DNA of 60,911 nucleotides, filler included, from Asterionella formosa (taxonomy: Eukaryota), in the NCBI GenBank assembly GCA_002256025.1. It is 12 parts of 12 records of this genome, joined end to end, with 100 filler letters (N's around TTAATTAATTAA, not from the genome) between each part and the next. Parts side by side here need not be neighbours in the genome. Positions count along the whole stretch, not along the records: positions 45,787 to 50,763 come from NKIB01013274.1; positions 50,864 to 55,837 come from NKIB01013275.1; positions 55,938 to 60,911 come from NKIB01013276.1; 9 more parts are not named here. One strand, given 5' to 3'. The translations under genes were made by a program, and so were the position numbers. Under the pieces are notes generated by a model. That model had not been told where the DNA came from and ran no database searches. It worked only from the letters and a program-made list of their open reading frames with translations. Shown piece after piece: positions 50,426 through 60,911 of this stretch (positions within the stretch are counted from its first letter, which is position 1; each line of letters starts with the position of its first letter).

Positions 50426-50763
50426 ACAAGTCGACAGTGCACATACACACACGCTAATCAGGAGGTTTGAGGCAACAGACAGTGGTTCCAACGAGCGAAT
50501 GATCCCGATACCATGGGTACCAATTTTTCCAGCGGCAAACCACAATGATGAACAACACTTGTCCCTCTATTGATGAGGATGACACGGACACCGACTTTTC
50601 CAGGAGCAAACAACAATGAAGAGAACCACTTGTCCATCTATTGATGGTAACAAAGATGCGGACAAGTTCAACAGTGAATACAAGAACAACATACCAATGA
50701 AAACAAGTCGACAGTGTGTGTACGCACACGCCAAGCAGGTTTGAGGCAACAGACAGTTCCAAC
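50426..50763. repeat. Direct repeat (about 65 bp at 50426 and 50703), cut by the contig end
   Basis: ACAAGTCGACAGTG...CACACGC..A..CAGG..TTTGAGGCAACAGACAGT..TCCAAC occurs twice. Confidence 0.7.
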
Positions 50764-50863
50764 NNNNNNNNNNNNNNNNNNNNNNNNNNNNNNNNNNNNN
50801 NNNNNNNTTAATTAATTAANNNNNNNNNNNNNNNNNNNNNNNNNNNNNNNNNNNNNNNNNNNN

Positions 50864-51597
50864 ATTGCACCATTGCGGAGCTTTACATGACCGATCTTTG
50901 TTATGATGATGATGCCGAGGCAGCATGTGAAGCATCTGTGGCAAAGGCAATGAAAGTTATTGATTCCAGTGATGGTAGCCCTATAATGGATGCTCTTCAG
51001 ACAATGGCAAGTCTTAGAATTTCACAAAGTCGGGGAGAAGAAGCAATTGATCTCATTTTAGAGACTTATCGTAAAATGAAGATTGGATGTGAGGGGTTAG
51101 CTGCATTGGTTGGACTTTCAGAAAAGGAGAATAACGGGGAAGAGGTAGATACTGCAATTGAGTTGGTCGAAGTTGAGGCTGCCAACAACCTTCCCGGGTT
51201 TGAGTTTCGGTGTCAAACAGCCAGAATTCTCTTGGAATGTGCCTCCATCTGTAAAGAAGAGGAAAATAGGATTGAAAAAGCCAACCAATGTGCAAAAGCA
51301 GCAATTCAAGTGTTGGGAAGTCTACTTGCTGAAAACGATGAAGTTATCGAAATTTGGTACTTGATTGGTTGTGCGTTTGTGGCACTTTCTCCTGTCAATA
51401 GTGATGATGCTTCTTGCTACTTCGAGCAAGCACTGGAGATGCTGAACAATGTCAAAGAGAGTCTAGTGGTGATGGAAGGTGAGGATTGTGAACAGTTAGT
51501 GACCATCAAGGAACAAATAATTGATGTTGAAAGCAAACTGAAAGGTCTTGGTATTGATCCAGAGGATGTAACTGATACTGAGATGGAAACTACATAG
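50864..51597 (+). CDS. ACL4: Assembly chaperone of Rpl4 (Acl4-like TPR protein), 5' truncated
   Basis: CTIAELYMTDLC...AE..CE, ALQTMASLRISQ.R..EA, LP.FEFR...ARILLE, ENDEVIEIWYL.G; acidic tail. Confidence 0.8.
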
Positions 51598-51700
51598 CTA
51601 AACAGTTTTCTAGTAACTAGCAAAATAGCAATTTAATTCTGTGTCGTCAATAAATTCATTATAAATTGTTAAACAGACATGCATTTCATTTTGGCTATTC

Positions 51701-54700
51701 TTATGCAAAGAAGGCATCAATCGATGCGACAGTCGACACCTTTCGGATAGCTAGGGCAGTCTTCGTGGGAATGGCAGATCCCTTAACATCAACCGTCGAT
51801 CCATCAACCATTGTTACAATGTAGCTGGTGGGATTAACACCATAAAGATCACCTCCATTGGGATTGTGATAGGTTACCAGAATCTTGCCAAAAAGCTTGA
51901 AGCTGACCACAAGATTGCCATCATTATCTCGTGTTCCCTCATTCTCTTTGTCTTCAAACAACCAGGAAGGAAGGGCTGGCTCAAACATCATCTCAAGATG
52001 ACCAGATTTGTTGAGGAAAAAGGGCTTTTCGCCGATAAACATGAGTCCCCATATGCTCATGAATTCAGCAGTGGAACCACTGAGGCGTGCAAGGAAACCA
52101 CGCCCCTGCATTGAAGGGTCAGGGAAAGCAGACGAGGCAATAAAAGAGGAGCACTCCATGAGAGAGCGGCCGTAGACATCTGGGTCCATAAAAGGCAAGA
52201 TACCTCCATTTCTCATTTCCCGGAAGAACTCATCATAAAGCTTTCCACGAAGGAGTTGCAAATAGTACTTGTAAGACATGTGCAACCAGATGGATTGGTT
52301 CTCAAGCCATCCAGGTGAGAACGCCATCATTCTTCCCATGTCATAGCTTTGTCCCTTGAGACTGGCAGACAAGAAATACATCTTGAGTTTGTTGTCACGG
52401 AGGCCAGAAACAAGAACTCTTTCGTACATGGCTTTCATGGCTTCCTTGTCGTCCTGAATAGTTTTCATGTATCTAACTGGGCCCTCAAGGAAAAGGGGGA
52501 AGTTACCAACCTTCATACTAAGTGCATTTACAAGAGGAAGGCCGACTGCATTCTTTCCTCCATTCAACTCCCAGTCAGTGACGGCAAAGGAGAAATAGGA
52601 GGGAGCAATTCCAGTGGTGCCATCATCGCCATCTCCAAAGCTGCCAATCTTCATTGCACGAGCCATACCAAGTTCGATCTCAACGAGCCATGAATCAACC
52701 ATGCTAACAATGGCCTTGGCGGGAACGGCAGTTGTGTTTCCAGAAAAGTAGTATTGAACATCATTCCTGTAGTTCTCACGAGCAGCTGCAACAACATCCC
52801 AATATTCGAAAAGCTCCTTGGGGACATCTAATTCAAGCTGCTCAGGTTCCTTGAAACCAGAACTCTTCAAAGTTGCCAGAGCCTCATTCACGGTCTTAAT
52901 CATCTTGTGGAGCTCGTCAGGGATCACAACAGGGCGACCGTAAGTACTAACCACCTTGCGGACATACTTCAGTAGAAGGAACATCTCGTATGTTTCTGGC
53001 ATACCAGATCCAATCATTCCAGGAAGACCATTCATTGCATCGTTCCAGCCAGGGCGTCCACCCTCATATTCAATACCCATACCATAACTGTCTCGCATTG
53101 CAAACTTGATGGCTCCAAGGAGGAACAGCTTAGTGATAGGTGCACTCTTAAAGGCCACTCCTGCTGTAGTGCGCTGCCAGTTGGCGTCGATACCAATAAG
53201 ACCAGTGGATTGGTCGAAGAAAGCTGCCTGTTCGGCAACCTTCTCCTGATCGAAATACGTCGCATCAAGTTGAAGTACATGTTTGCTGGTTCCATCGAAA
53301 GTGTAAGTCAAAACATATTTCATAGCACGAGGCTTGACACTGGCAGTGGAGAAGAAATAACGGAGCTCCTGATCGTACATAAGAGCCTCCTCACCATCAG
53401 GGTAGATGGCCACGTAGGCGTCAATCAAATCCATGTAGTAGTCCCAATGATCTGCCCAGTACCCTGATCCGTATACGGCCATGGCACGATCAGTTGCAGC
53501 AGCAAGAATTTCATTAATAAAGACTTCATTGCTGACAGAGACATTGATGCCAAGACTATCAACGAGACCAAAGAGCTGTCCAGGACGAAATGGCCCTCCA
53601 CACAAAATATTTCCCAATGCTTCCGCAGACTTTTGGTCGGCTGTGAGTGTTTTGGCCAAAGTCAATGCTTGGTCCTTATCCTCAACGATGTAAGCAATAG
53701 CTTCAACCGTAAGGGGCTCATAACCGTCAGCTTGGATGAACGACAAAAACATTTGAACATCGAAAGAAGCAAGGCGAGGTAAGAAGGTGACATCGCTACG
53801 ACGATTCTGAGCAATATCACGGTAATTTCCAGGCCCTTGGGAATAGTAGGAAGGATCAATGTTAAATGCATTGTAATCACGTTCCAAATCACCATGAATG
53901 CGGGAAAAGGGATGGTAAACCTTGACAGTTGGGTCCTCATCATAGTTATTGTCACTTTTAACATTTCCCATGATGGTTGGCATACCACCACGGAGAGAGT
54001 TGTCTAAGAACATTTGCTTGACCGCACCGTTGAAGAGGGGGTTGGCAGTCGTAGTCTCAACGCCGACGGTGAGTTCGTTGATTAAAGAGCGAGCGCGCTG
54101 GAACTTCTTCTCGATGTAGCCAGGAGCAGTGATAATGTCAATGATGCCGGGTAGCTTTTCAATATGCTCAGTCTTTCCGTAGAATGAAGCAATGGTGATG
54201 TTTTCACCTGGAGCAAGGGTGATGGATGCAATGGCGGCAAATGCAGACGATGTCGTGGCATCTCCATACTGTGGATTGGCCAAAATGTCAGCAACACTGG
54301 AGGCCCTGAGGCCCGCAGGAAGTTCGAGCGATGTGGATTGACCAAAGACCTTATTTGAATCAAAAACAATTGGTAGGAGTTCGGGTTTTTCGCTCTCAAT
54401 GTATGCCAGGCAGTAGTGACCAGCTTCCTCAATCTTAACGGAAGCGGAGTCACCTGGTTCAGTGGACATTTTGTAAAAAGGCTTTGTGAGGGTATCATCT
54501 GCATGGTAGACTCCCATCCACCCCTCTAGGGTACGTCCCATTTGCTTGAGTGACCAATCGAGCATTCCACCACTGGGTTCAATCTTGGCGAGACCATCTA
54601 GGATAGAAAGTGTCACTTCAGTGGATCCGGTGTTGGTGTAGGTGGCTCGGCGGACAAGGGCAGCAAAGTCTTCTTCAGGTAGGACAAAGTATTTGACGGC

Positions 54701-55669
54701 GACAGCAACCCCGTTTGCGTCATCAAACTCCTGAACTTCCATCTCATTTGTTCCAACAAACATGATGCGCTTAGGCTTGGTAGTATCGTCTTCAGCATCA
54801 GCAAGGTTACGTGTATGTGCGGGGGCAAATGGTTCGGTTTCAAAGGATGAAAAAGCTCTGGTTCCGCGAACAAAGGAGCGGAATCCAAGGAATTGTGTCG
54901 ATTGGTATGCCTTGTTCGCAGCATTGAACTCCAAGATTGGGTATTCCTTCGACTCGGTACCGAAGGAAGCAATACCTTGACCCCGATTGACGTAAAAGGA
55001 CCAGACAGGCTTCCCAAAGTATCCAGCGACGCCGGGAAGAAAGTCGGAGAACGTTGGCTTTGCATCGAAGTCCTCCAGGACATAACGATCTGCATTTTGG
55101 GGAAGAAAACGTGTTAATGTGAGCTCCGCAATCGCTTCTAGTAGACGAACCCGATCACCCATACTGGATATGCGATTCACAACATGACATAAAATTACTT
55201 ACTCTCTGCGTCGAAAAGTTTGAGCTTTCCGTCGATCCCGATCGCGACATTGCCAGACTTGACGGCCATGTTCATGGAGTCAGCCTTGCTCGCATGGTAA
55301 ATGGTTCCTGAAATGCCAATAATCGCCACCAGCACAAGGCCAATGCCGATCTTCTTTGCGGAAAGCTTGGTGGTAGGAGCATCTGAAGAGGAGGAGGATA
55401 TGAATCAGCTGGAGGCATTAATGACAGCACACCGGTAGTTGAACCAAACACAAAACCTTTGCTGTCACAGAAAAGGCAACAACAAGCGGCAGCAAGCCTA
55501 AGTACCTGCAGCGACCAGTTCGGCTTGTTGTCATAGTCTGACCCAGCGCGTTTGGGGAAAAGGGATCTGTAGTATCTCAATCGCGACGAGATCTCTTACC
55601 TCCAATTGTGGTGGAGATTTCTGCGTGGCCACCATTCTTTTGGTAACTATCACCGTTGGCAGCGGACAT
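51701..55669 (-). CDS. GH161-family beta-1,3-glucan phosphorylase with an N-terminal membrane anchor, about 1212 aa; exons 55669-55600, 55382-55203, 55089-51701
   Basis: FSDFLPGVAG..GKPVW.FYVNRGQGIASFG, SRIHGDLERDYN, SQGPGNYRD..QNRR, GRPGWNDAMNGLPG, GWLENQSIWLHM.YKY, RLSGSTAEF. Two phase-1 introns (55599-55383 GTAAGA..TCAG; 55202-55090 GTAAGT..GCAG) link an upstream ATG in frame. Confidence 0.85.
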
Positions 55670-55937
55670 CGTGAAGACGATGTCTGAGTTCAGAGATAAT
55701 GGATGGCGGAGACGAGCAAAATATAAACGTTTGTGACTTTTGCTAAAGCAAGTTCGACACGAAGATCTTCGCCTTCGGGACAACTGATCTTGTTACCGCA
55801 GGCGGATGGTTTAGCCTACGTACTGTGCCAGGTACCANNNNNNNNNNNNNNNNNNNNNNNNNNNNNNNNNNNNNNNNNNNNTTAATTAATTAANNNNNNN
55901 NNNNNNNNNNNNNNNNNNNNNNNNNNNNNNNNNNNNN

Positions 55938-56581
55938 CCACCAGTGATTAGGGTACGAAACGACCTGGGGAAGGCAAAAACTCCAAGTACCGCTAGTATC
56001 CCTCCCACAGCCTCTTCAATTAGCGATCTTTCGGGCACTTCACCAGCAACTGAAAGAAGCAGCATTCCCTTAAGAAATCCAATTCGTGTTGATGGTTCTT
56101 TCCCACGGCCACCCAATGTGGCCTTGCTACCAACAATGGAAGGAAATGTGACACCATCAGAAAATGAACTTAATGGGATGTCAGGAAGTTCTATTAAAAG
56201 CTTATCGAAACGTATGGAACGTCATTACCTGACAGTTCCCAAAGAACACCAAGAGATGTTAAAGGCAAACAACAACTATAAAGCATTCTACCAGATGACT
56301 ATGGAGGATCTCCATGACAGTGACATTCCTGAGTATAGGCGACTTGATTAAAAAAAAGATTCAAGAAATATTTTATTGAGTGCTATGCTGAGACATCGGG
56401 CAATTTCTCTGCTTTCAATGTAAGGGAACGAGCTTGCCATACTGAGGAGCTGAACAGAAGATATGCTGCTGCAAGAGAAGAAAATGTTCATCTACCTTAT
56501 GAACATTACCTTACTACGGGTAGTAGTGTTCGGAAAAATATGATGCAGTTTGAAGGAGAAATGGAAGAGATAAAACCGTAA
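55938..56581 (+). pseudogene. Unidentified ORF remnant (5' truncated, internal TAA at 56349)
   Basis: The frame continues past the TAA for about 76 codons (KKRFKKYFIECY...EEIKP*). No family recognised. Confidence 0.3.
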
Positions 56582-56772
56582 CACATATACCTAGCTGTTA
56601 GTAAATGATAACTAATTTCGTATCTCTGAAACAATGCATTTGCAGAGGCTGTTATTTCTATATATCTCCAACGTCTGCGCGTCCTGCCAATATCTACTCA
56701 TTACCTCAATCGTTTCGACTGGTGGCATTGAGTAAAACATTTGCGGGAACAAATGGATCGATGGGATATTGA

Positions 56773-57150
56773 TCACAAACAGGAAGAAACATTCATGACA
56801 ACCATGTCAGATCCGTTCCATTGCAAATCTTCCTTCAATAGGTCAAACTCATCATCCTTGAGCATTTGCCTTCCAGTGGCATAGTAGGACTGAAGCGCGT
56901 CCAGAAAGATATGCTCCTTTTCGGCTACTGTGAGACAAATGAGTTCCCCACTTTCCGGATCGACGACACAGTATTCCTCGTCAGGAATGCATTCTTCTTC
57001 CTGCAAGTTAGTCTCAAAGAATCGTCCAGACTTGGCGTCGTAAGCGATTTCTTTCTTTCCGCTCGTAATGGTGATCTTTTTGTTGCTTCCTTCTTCGGCC
57101 ATTAAAAGTGGACCAGCAACACGACCAGCTGTTGTCGTTGTCTTCCTTAA
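56773..57150 (-). pseudogene. PGRL1: PGRL1 (PGR5-like 1) N-terminal gene fragment
   Basis: YCVVD...LTVAEKEHIFLDALQSYY..G..ML.DDEFDLLKEDLQWNGS.MVV matches the PGRL1 N-domain. There is an upstream in-frame stop, no signal peptide, and no visible TM or C-terminal half downstream. Confidence 0.75.
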
Positions 57151-57180
57151 AGTTTGATGATCTTAAATTCATTTACCGGT

Positions 57181-57610
57181 ACTGTCCCACTGCAGTAGCA
57201 GCAGTCATAGACATATGGTGTTCTATTGCTTGCTTATTACTCCGACTACTGCTTTTCAGTTTCACAATCCTAAAACTATGATGATTTACTATCCCACTGC
57301 AGTAGCAACACTCCTTAACATATGGTGTTCTATTTGGTTTTAGTTTTACGATCATACAATCCTAAAACTATGATGATTAAATGTCCCACTGCAGTAGCAA
57401 CAGTCCTGAACATATCGTGTTCTATTGAGCTTTAGTTTTACGATCATACGATCCTAAAACTATGATGATTTACTGTCCCACTGCAGTAGCAACAGTCCTG
57501 AACATATGGTGTTCAATTGGTTTTTAGTTTTACGATCATACGATCCTAAAACTATGATGATTTACTGTCCCACTGCAGTAGCAACTGTCCTGAACATATG
57601 GTATTCTGTT
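57181..57610. repeat. Minisatellite, about 92-bp unit x5
   Basis: CCCACTGCAGTAGCA at 57186, 57293, 57385, 57477 and 57569; the unit includes ATCCTAAAACTATGATGATT. Confidence 0.95.
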
Positions 57611-59224
57611 GCTTCCAGTATATCACTCACTACCTGCTACTGGTACTCTGTATATATATATGATATATTGTTATTGTCATATGATGTACCGGTACACATG
57701 AGGAGCTCCCAACCAAAAAGGGGGCTTAAACAATTTGCCACCATAACCCTGGCGGTTATGACTTACACGGTACACGTTGTCGTGGAAAACAATGGACATA
57801 TAGTGCATTGAAAATTTTCGAATTATTTATATGCGTTTATGATCATCTCAACCATATCAGATAGACCATATCGAGAGCGCCTTTGAATTTTATAAATGTA
57901 TAACGCTTTATATATATATATATATATATATTTACAAATTTTATTACTATATTCATGGCATATATATTTTTGAAATCGTTCTGTCATGTTAACAAACAAT
58001 GCCTGCTGCTTCATGAAAAGATACGTCGTAGTAAAGCACATGACAAGAAAAGAAAATTTTCGCAATACATAACGAAAAACATTGTGACTTCGACACATTG
58101 TGCCTTCGAAGGATGGAGAATGTTTAAGGTAATGAAGCCATCGATGTGCGTGGTACTTGGATGACAATCGTTGGGAGGCAGGCAGCACAACAACAAATTG
58201 TTAACTAAACTCAGCCACATTTCCTTTTTTCTCAGATGATTCAACAGCTCGTTTTGCTTGTTGGGGAGCACCAATGTAAATCAAAACCAAATTGCGTAAG
58301 TGCTCTTTTCGCTCGTTGGACCTATTCACTTCTGTTGGAACAAAGCTGACAAAAAGTTTACCTTCTCTCAAAGTTAAGATGACAAAAATGAACCGGTAAG
58401 TTTTATTCGACAACATTGGATACCCGAAACTTTCTTATTCAAGAATTTGGCTTACTGACCAGTTACTATTACAGACTTATGCATCAGTTGCATTTGTTTG
58501 TGGTAAGTGAAGCAAGAGCATACGATGATAGTGCCTGTCGTTGTTTCAATGTGACATGACTTCTAGCTAACAAATCATTCCTTCTCATTGTTTCTGTAAC
58601 TGCATAGGACCATAAAACCAATCAAACAATGGAATAGTCAGCGAGTTCAGAGTGACACTAACAGCAGGGAAAGAGACATAACATTAGTAGGCACTGCCTG
58701 ACACATGATTCAGAATAGAGGAAGGAAAGGACAAACAGGAACAATATACATTGAGAAAACTCCCACTGATCTTCCTCTACATTCAATTGACATTGCAGCA
58801 AACCCTTTCAATTCTGGAGCATTCGGATGAAATCCAGGATTGAGTATTGATGCTTTCTGATTCTGTTTTAATGTCATATGATAACAGGGCTCCATAAATC
58901 ATGAGTTGTTAGTGTGCCTTTGCGTGTTGTTTGTCATGCTGCCAGCTGATGCTGTATTTCTACTGAATTATTGAACGACTATGCAAATCTTTATGTGGCA
59001 GCTGTTCAATAATTCAGTATTAATGTTTTAATATCAGTTTTGATTCTTTCAAATTGAACTCTATCAATCTGGCACTGATTCCTTTTTAATTCAAATATTC
59101 CAATGGACACTCAAATCACGGGAATTCATAGTAGAAAACTCCCTGCTCCACCTTTTTTTACAACCCTAGCGATATTTTCTCCAAACTAGGGTTAAGCCGG
59201 GGCCCCAACCTTAAATGTTTATAT

Positions 59225-59730
59225 GGTACCAACTTCATGACTTGATTCTTCATGATTTACAGAACCAATTTCATCACCTGATTCTACATGATTAACTGCG
59301 TCACCATCTTTAACATGACTCAATTCTGCATTTTTTACTACGTACTAACTTCATGACTTGATACATACCAAATTCATGACCTAATTCTTCATGACTCACT
59401 ACGTATCAACTTTATGACCTGACTCATCATGATTTACTGGCTTGATTCTCAATGATTTACAGTACCAACTTCTTGACTTGATTCTCCATGATTAATATTA
59501 CCAACTACATGACTTGATTCTCGATGATTTACAGTACTAACTACATGACTTGATTTTCCGATATTTACAGTACCAACTTCATGACTTGATTCATTAGAAT
59601 TCATTGCGTGACCCATCTTTAACATGACTTGATTCTCCATTCTTTACTGTGTACCAACTTCATGACTTGATCCTTCATGATGTACTACGTATCAACTTCA
59701 TGACTTGATTCTTCTTCATTAAATACTACG
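59225..59730. repeat. Degenerate 36-bp tandem repeat with higher-order structure
   Basis: GTACCAACTTCATGACTTGATTCTTCATGATTTACA-like units. The minus strand reads as SSHEVGTVNHxE 12-aa repeats. Confidence 0.8.
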
Positions 59731-59822
59731 TGCGCACCATTGTCACACTTTATGTTAATCAAGTAATCTGCTGTTACTGTTATGCTTATTCTGTGTGTTA
59801 AACTCAATATTCAATCAGCATT

Positions 59823-60302
59823 ATGAACGACGATCCCACTTCTATGCATACCACTGTGGTGGCCAATGACACTGAGGCTGAAGCAATCCCTTGTCACCGT
59901 AGCATGAAAAACATCATGAGATTTTGTGGACTTTGTGTACTCAGCTGTCTTGCTGTCTTTGTAATAGTTGTCGTTTATGCCATTAGAGTATGGCTCAAAG
60001 TGCCTGATATAAAAGTGCCTGATATATGTGGCAATGGGCAGAGGGGCAATGGAAATTGCCAAGATCCCAAGTTATGTTGCAGCCCAATGGGTTACTGTGA
60101 CACTATATATTGTAATTGTGGCAATGGGCAGAGGGGCAATGGGGATTGCTTATCTCCCAACAAGTGTTGCAGTCAAAGTGGTTACTGTGACACTATATAT
60201 TGTCCTCATTGTGGCAATGGTAATGTTGGCAATGGACACTGCCTCCCCAATTCCGGTTGTTGCGACAAGATTTTGGGTAACTGTGGCACTGAATATTGTT
60301 AG
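59823..60302 (+). CDS. Type II membrane protein with three hevein-like (CBM18) chitin-binding repeats, 159 aa
   Basis: TM segment FCGLCVLSCLAVFVIVVVYAI followed by three CGNG..GNG.C....CC...G.C....YC repeats. Confidence 0.7.
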   Translation: MNDDPTSMHTTVVANDTEAEAIPCHRSMKNIMRFCGLCVLSCLAVFVIVVVYAIRVWLKVPDIKVPDICGNGQRGNGNCQDPKLCCSPMGYCDTIYCNCGNGQRGNGDCLSPNKCCSQSGYCDTIYCPHCGNGNVGNGHCLPNSGCCDKILGNCGTEYC

Positions 60303-60453
60303 GGTTATGGTTATGGTGGTTTTTTTTTTGGGAGGAGAAATTGTTTGTAATAACGGCAAGGAGCCCATGTGGCTCTTAGAGTATGGTGAATAAATTGATT
60401 GTACAGGAAGTACTGAGTGAGGATAGAACTGACAACATAAGTTGTCAAAACTG

Positions 60454-60703
60454 TTCGGGTTAGGGTTATGGTTAGGGTTATGGTCAAAGGACCGCATGGA
60501 ATTGGCAAGTCGCACTCACTTGTCAACTTGGTTCGTACGCTGCAATATAACAGCAGCTGTAGGTACCTCGTAACTTTCATTCCAGACTGTCAACAATGGA
60601 ATGATGTGGACGAGTTGTACACTGCAATCTGTAGATCATTTGGTACTTCCTTACCGGCTCTCAAGTGGAAGATCTGTTCAAGGGTTAGGGTTAGGGTAAA
60701 GGG
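60454..60703 (+). pseudogene. P-loop NTPase fragment bracketed by telomere-like TTAGGG/TTATGG tracts
   Basis: Walker A GPHGIGKSH followed by LVTFIPDC..W. Tracts at 60454-60483 and 60681-60703, plus one at 60299-60316. Confidence 0.5.
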
Positions 60704-60911
60704 AAGACGCCTCTAGGCGTCATCCCTATAGAGCATCCAGCCCTCTAGGGCTGGACATGTAACTGTAGTACGCAGTATGACTATTCCTACAGATGGAAAC
60801 TGGTATGGGAATGAATATGTAAGTACTGGTTTTTTTTTTTTGATATGAATATGTAGAAGGGCACTGTTTTTGTACTTACCAGAGTGATTGTCATGTAAAA
60901 TGTTACACATT

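Noticed and set aside
55090..55202. ORF-track N-terminus MNRISSMGDR... of the GH161 protein
   Set aside because: It lies inside a GTAAGT..GCAG intron and starts at GTG. Other TTG/GTG starts in the track (e.g. 3305, 9859, 13001, 15562, 29074) were replaced by ATG or spliced models.
57181..57610. CRISPR-like array
   Set aside because: Contiguous 92-bp tandem units without variable spacers; an ordinary minisatellite.
57820..58900. Short ORFs in the middle of contig 12
   Set aside because: Fragmentary, AT-rich, and no recognisable domain.
1..60911. Gene clustering or operon-like linkage across the whole window
   Set aside because: The segments are length-sorted contigs joined by synthetic spacers, so adjacency across N-runs has no biological meaning.
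1..60911. rRNA, tRNA or structured ncRNA genes
   Set aside because: None recognised by eye; tRNAscan-SE and Infernal would be needed to exclude them.

Overview
Eukaryotic DNA, most likely a diatom. Support: 80-220 bp GT-AG introns, a GH161 phosphorylase, PGRL1, diatom-type Cys-rich, Hint and hevein proteins, and Copia elements. It is not one locus. It is 12 unrelated contigs of about 5 kb (4996 down to 4974 bp, sorted by length) joined by artificial 100-bp spacers (44 N + TTAATTAATTAA + 44 N). Contigs: 1-4996, 5097-10089, 10190-15181, 15282-20272, 20373-25359, 25460-30444, 30545-35526, 35627-40607, 40708-45686, 45787-50763, 50864-55837, 55938-60911. Host genes: two divergent paralogous secreted Cys-rich proteins, a G-protein gamma subunit, a CSC1/OSCA channel, ER-type HSP90, MnmE, a Reeler-like/Hint autoprocessing protein, tandem double-ATP-grasp ligase genes, Acl4, a membrane-anchored GH161 beta-1,3-glucan phosphorylase and a hevein-repeat membrane protein. 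About half the window is decayed mobile DNA: two Copia copies with 3' LTRs, a DIRS/Ngaro-like retroelement, two Plavaka/CMC-like transposase copies (one beside a Ulp1-like protease), Harbinger-like termini and minisatellites. A recurrent intergenic (GGTACCA)n motif and short interstitial TTAGGG tracts are not explained by these features. All family calls come from recognising motifs by eye, not from database searches.
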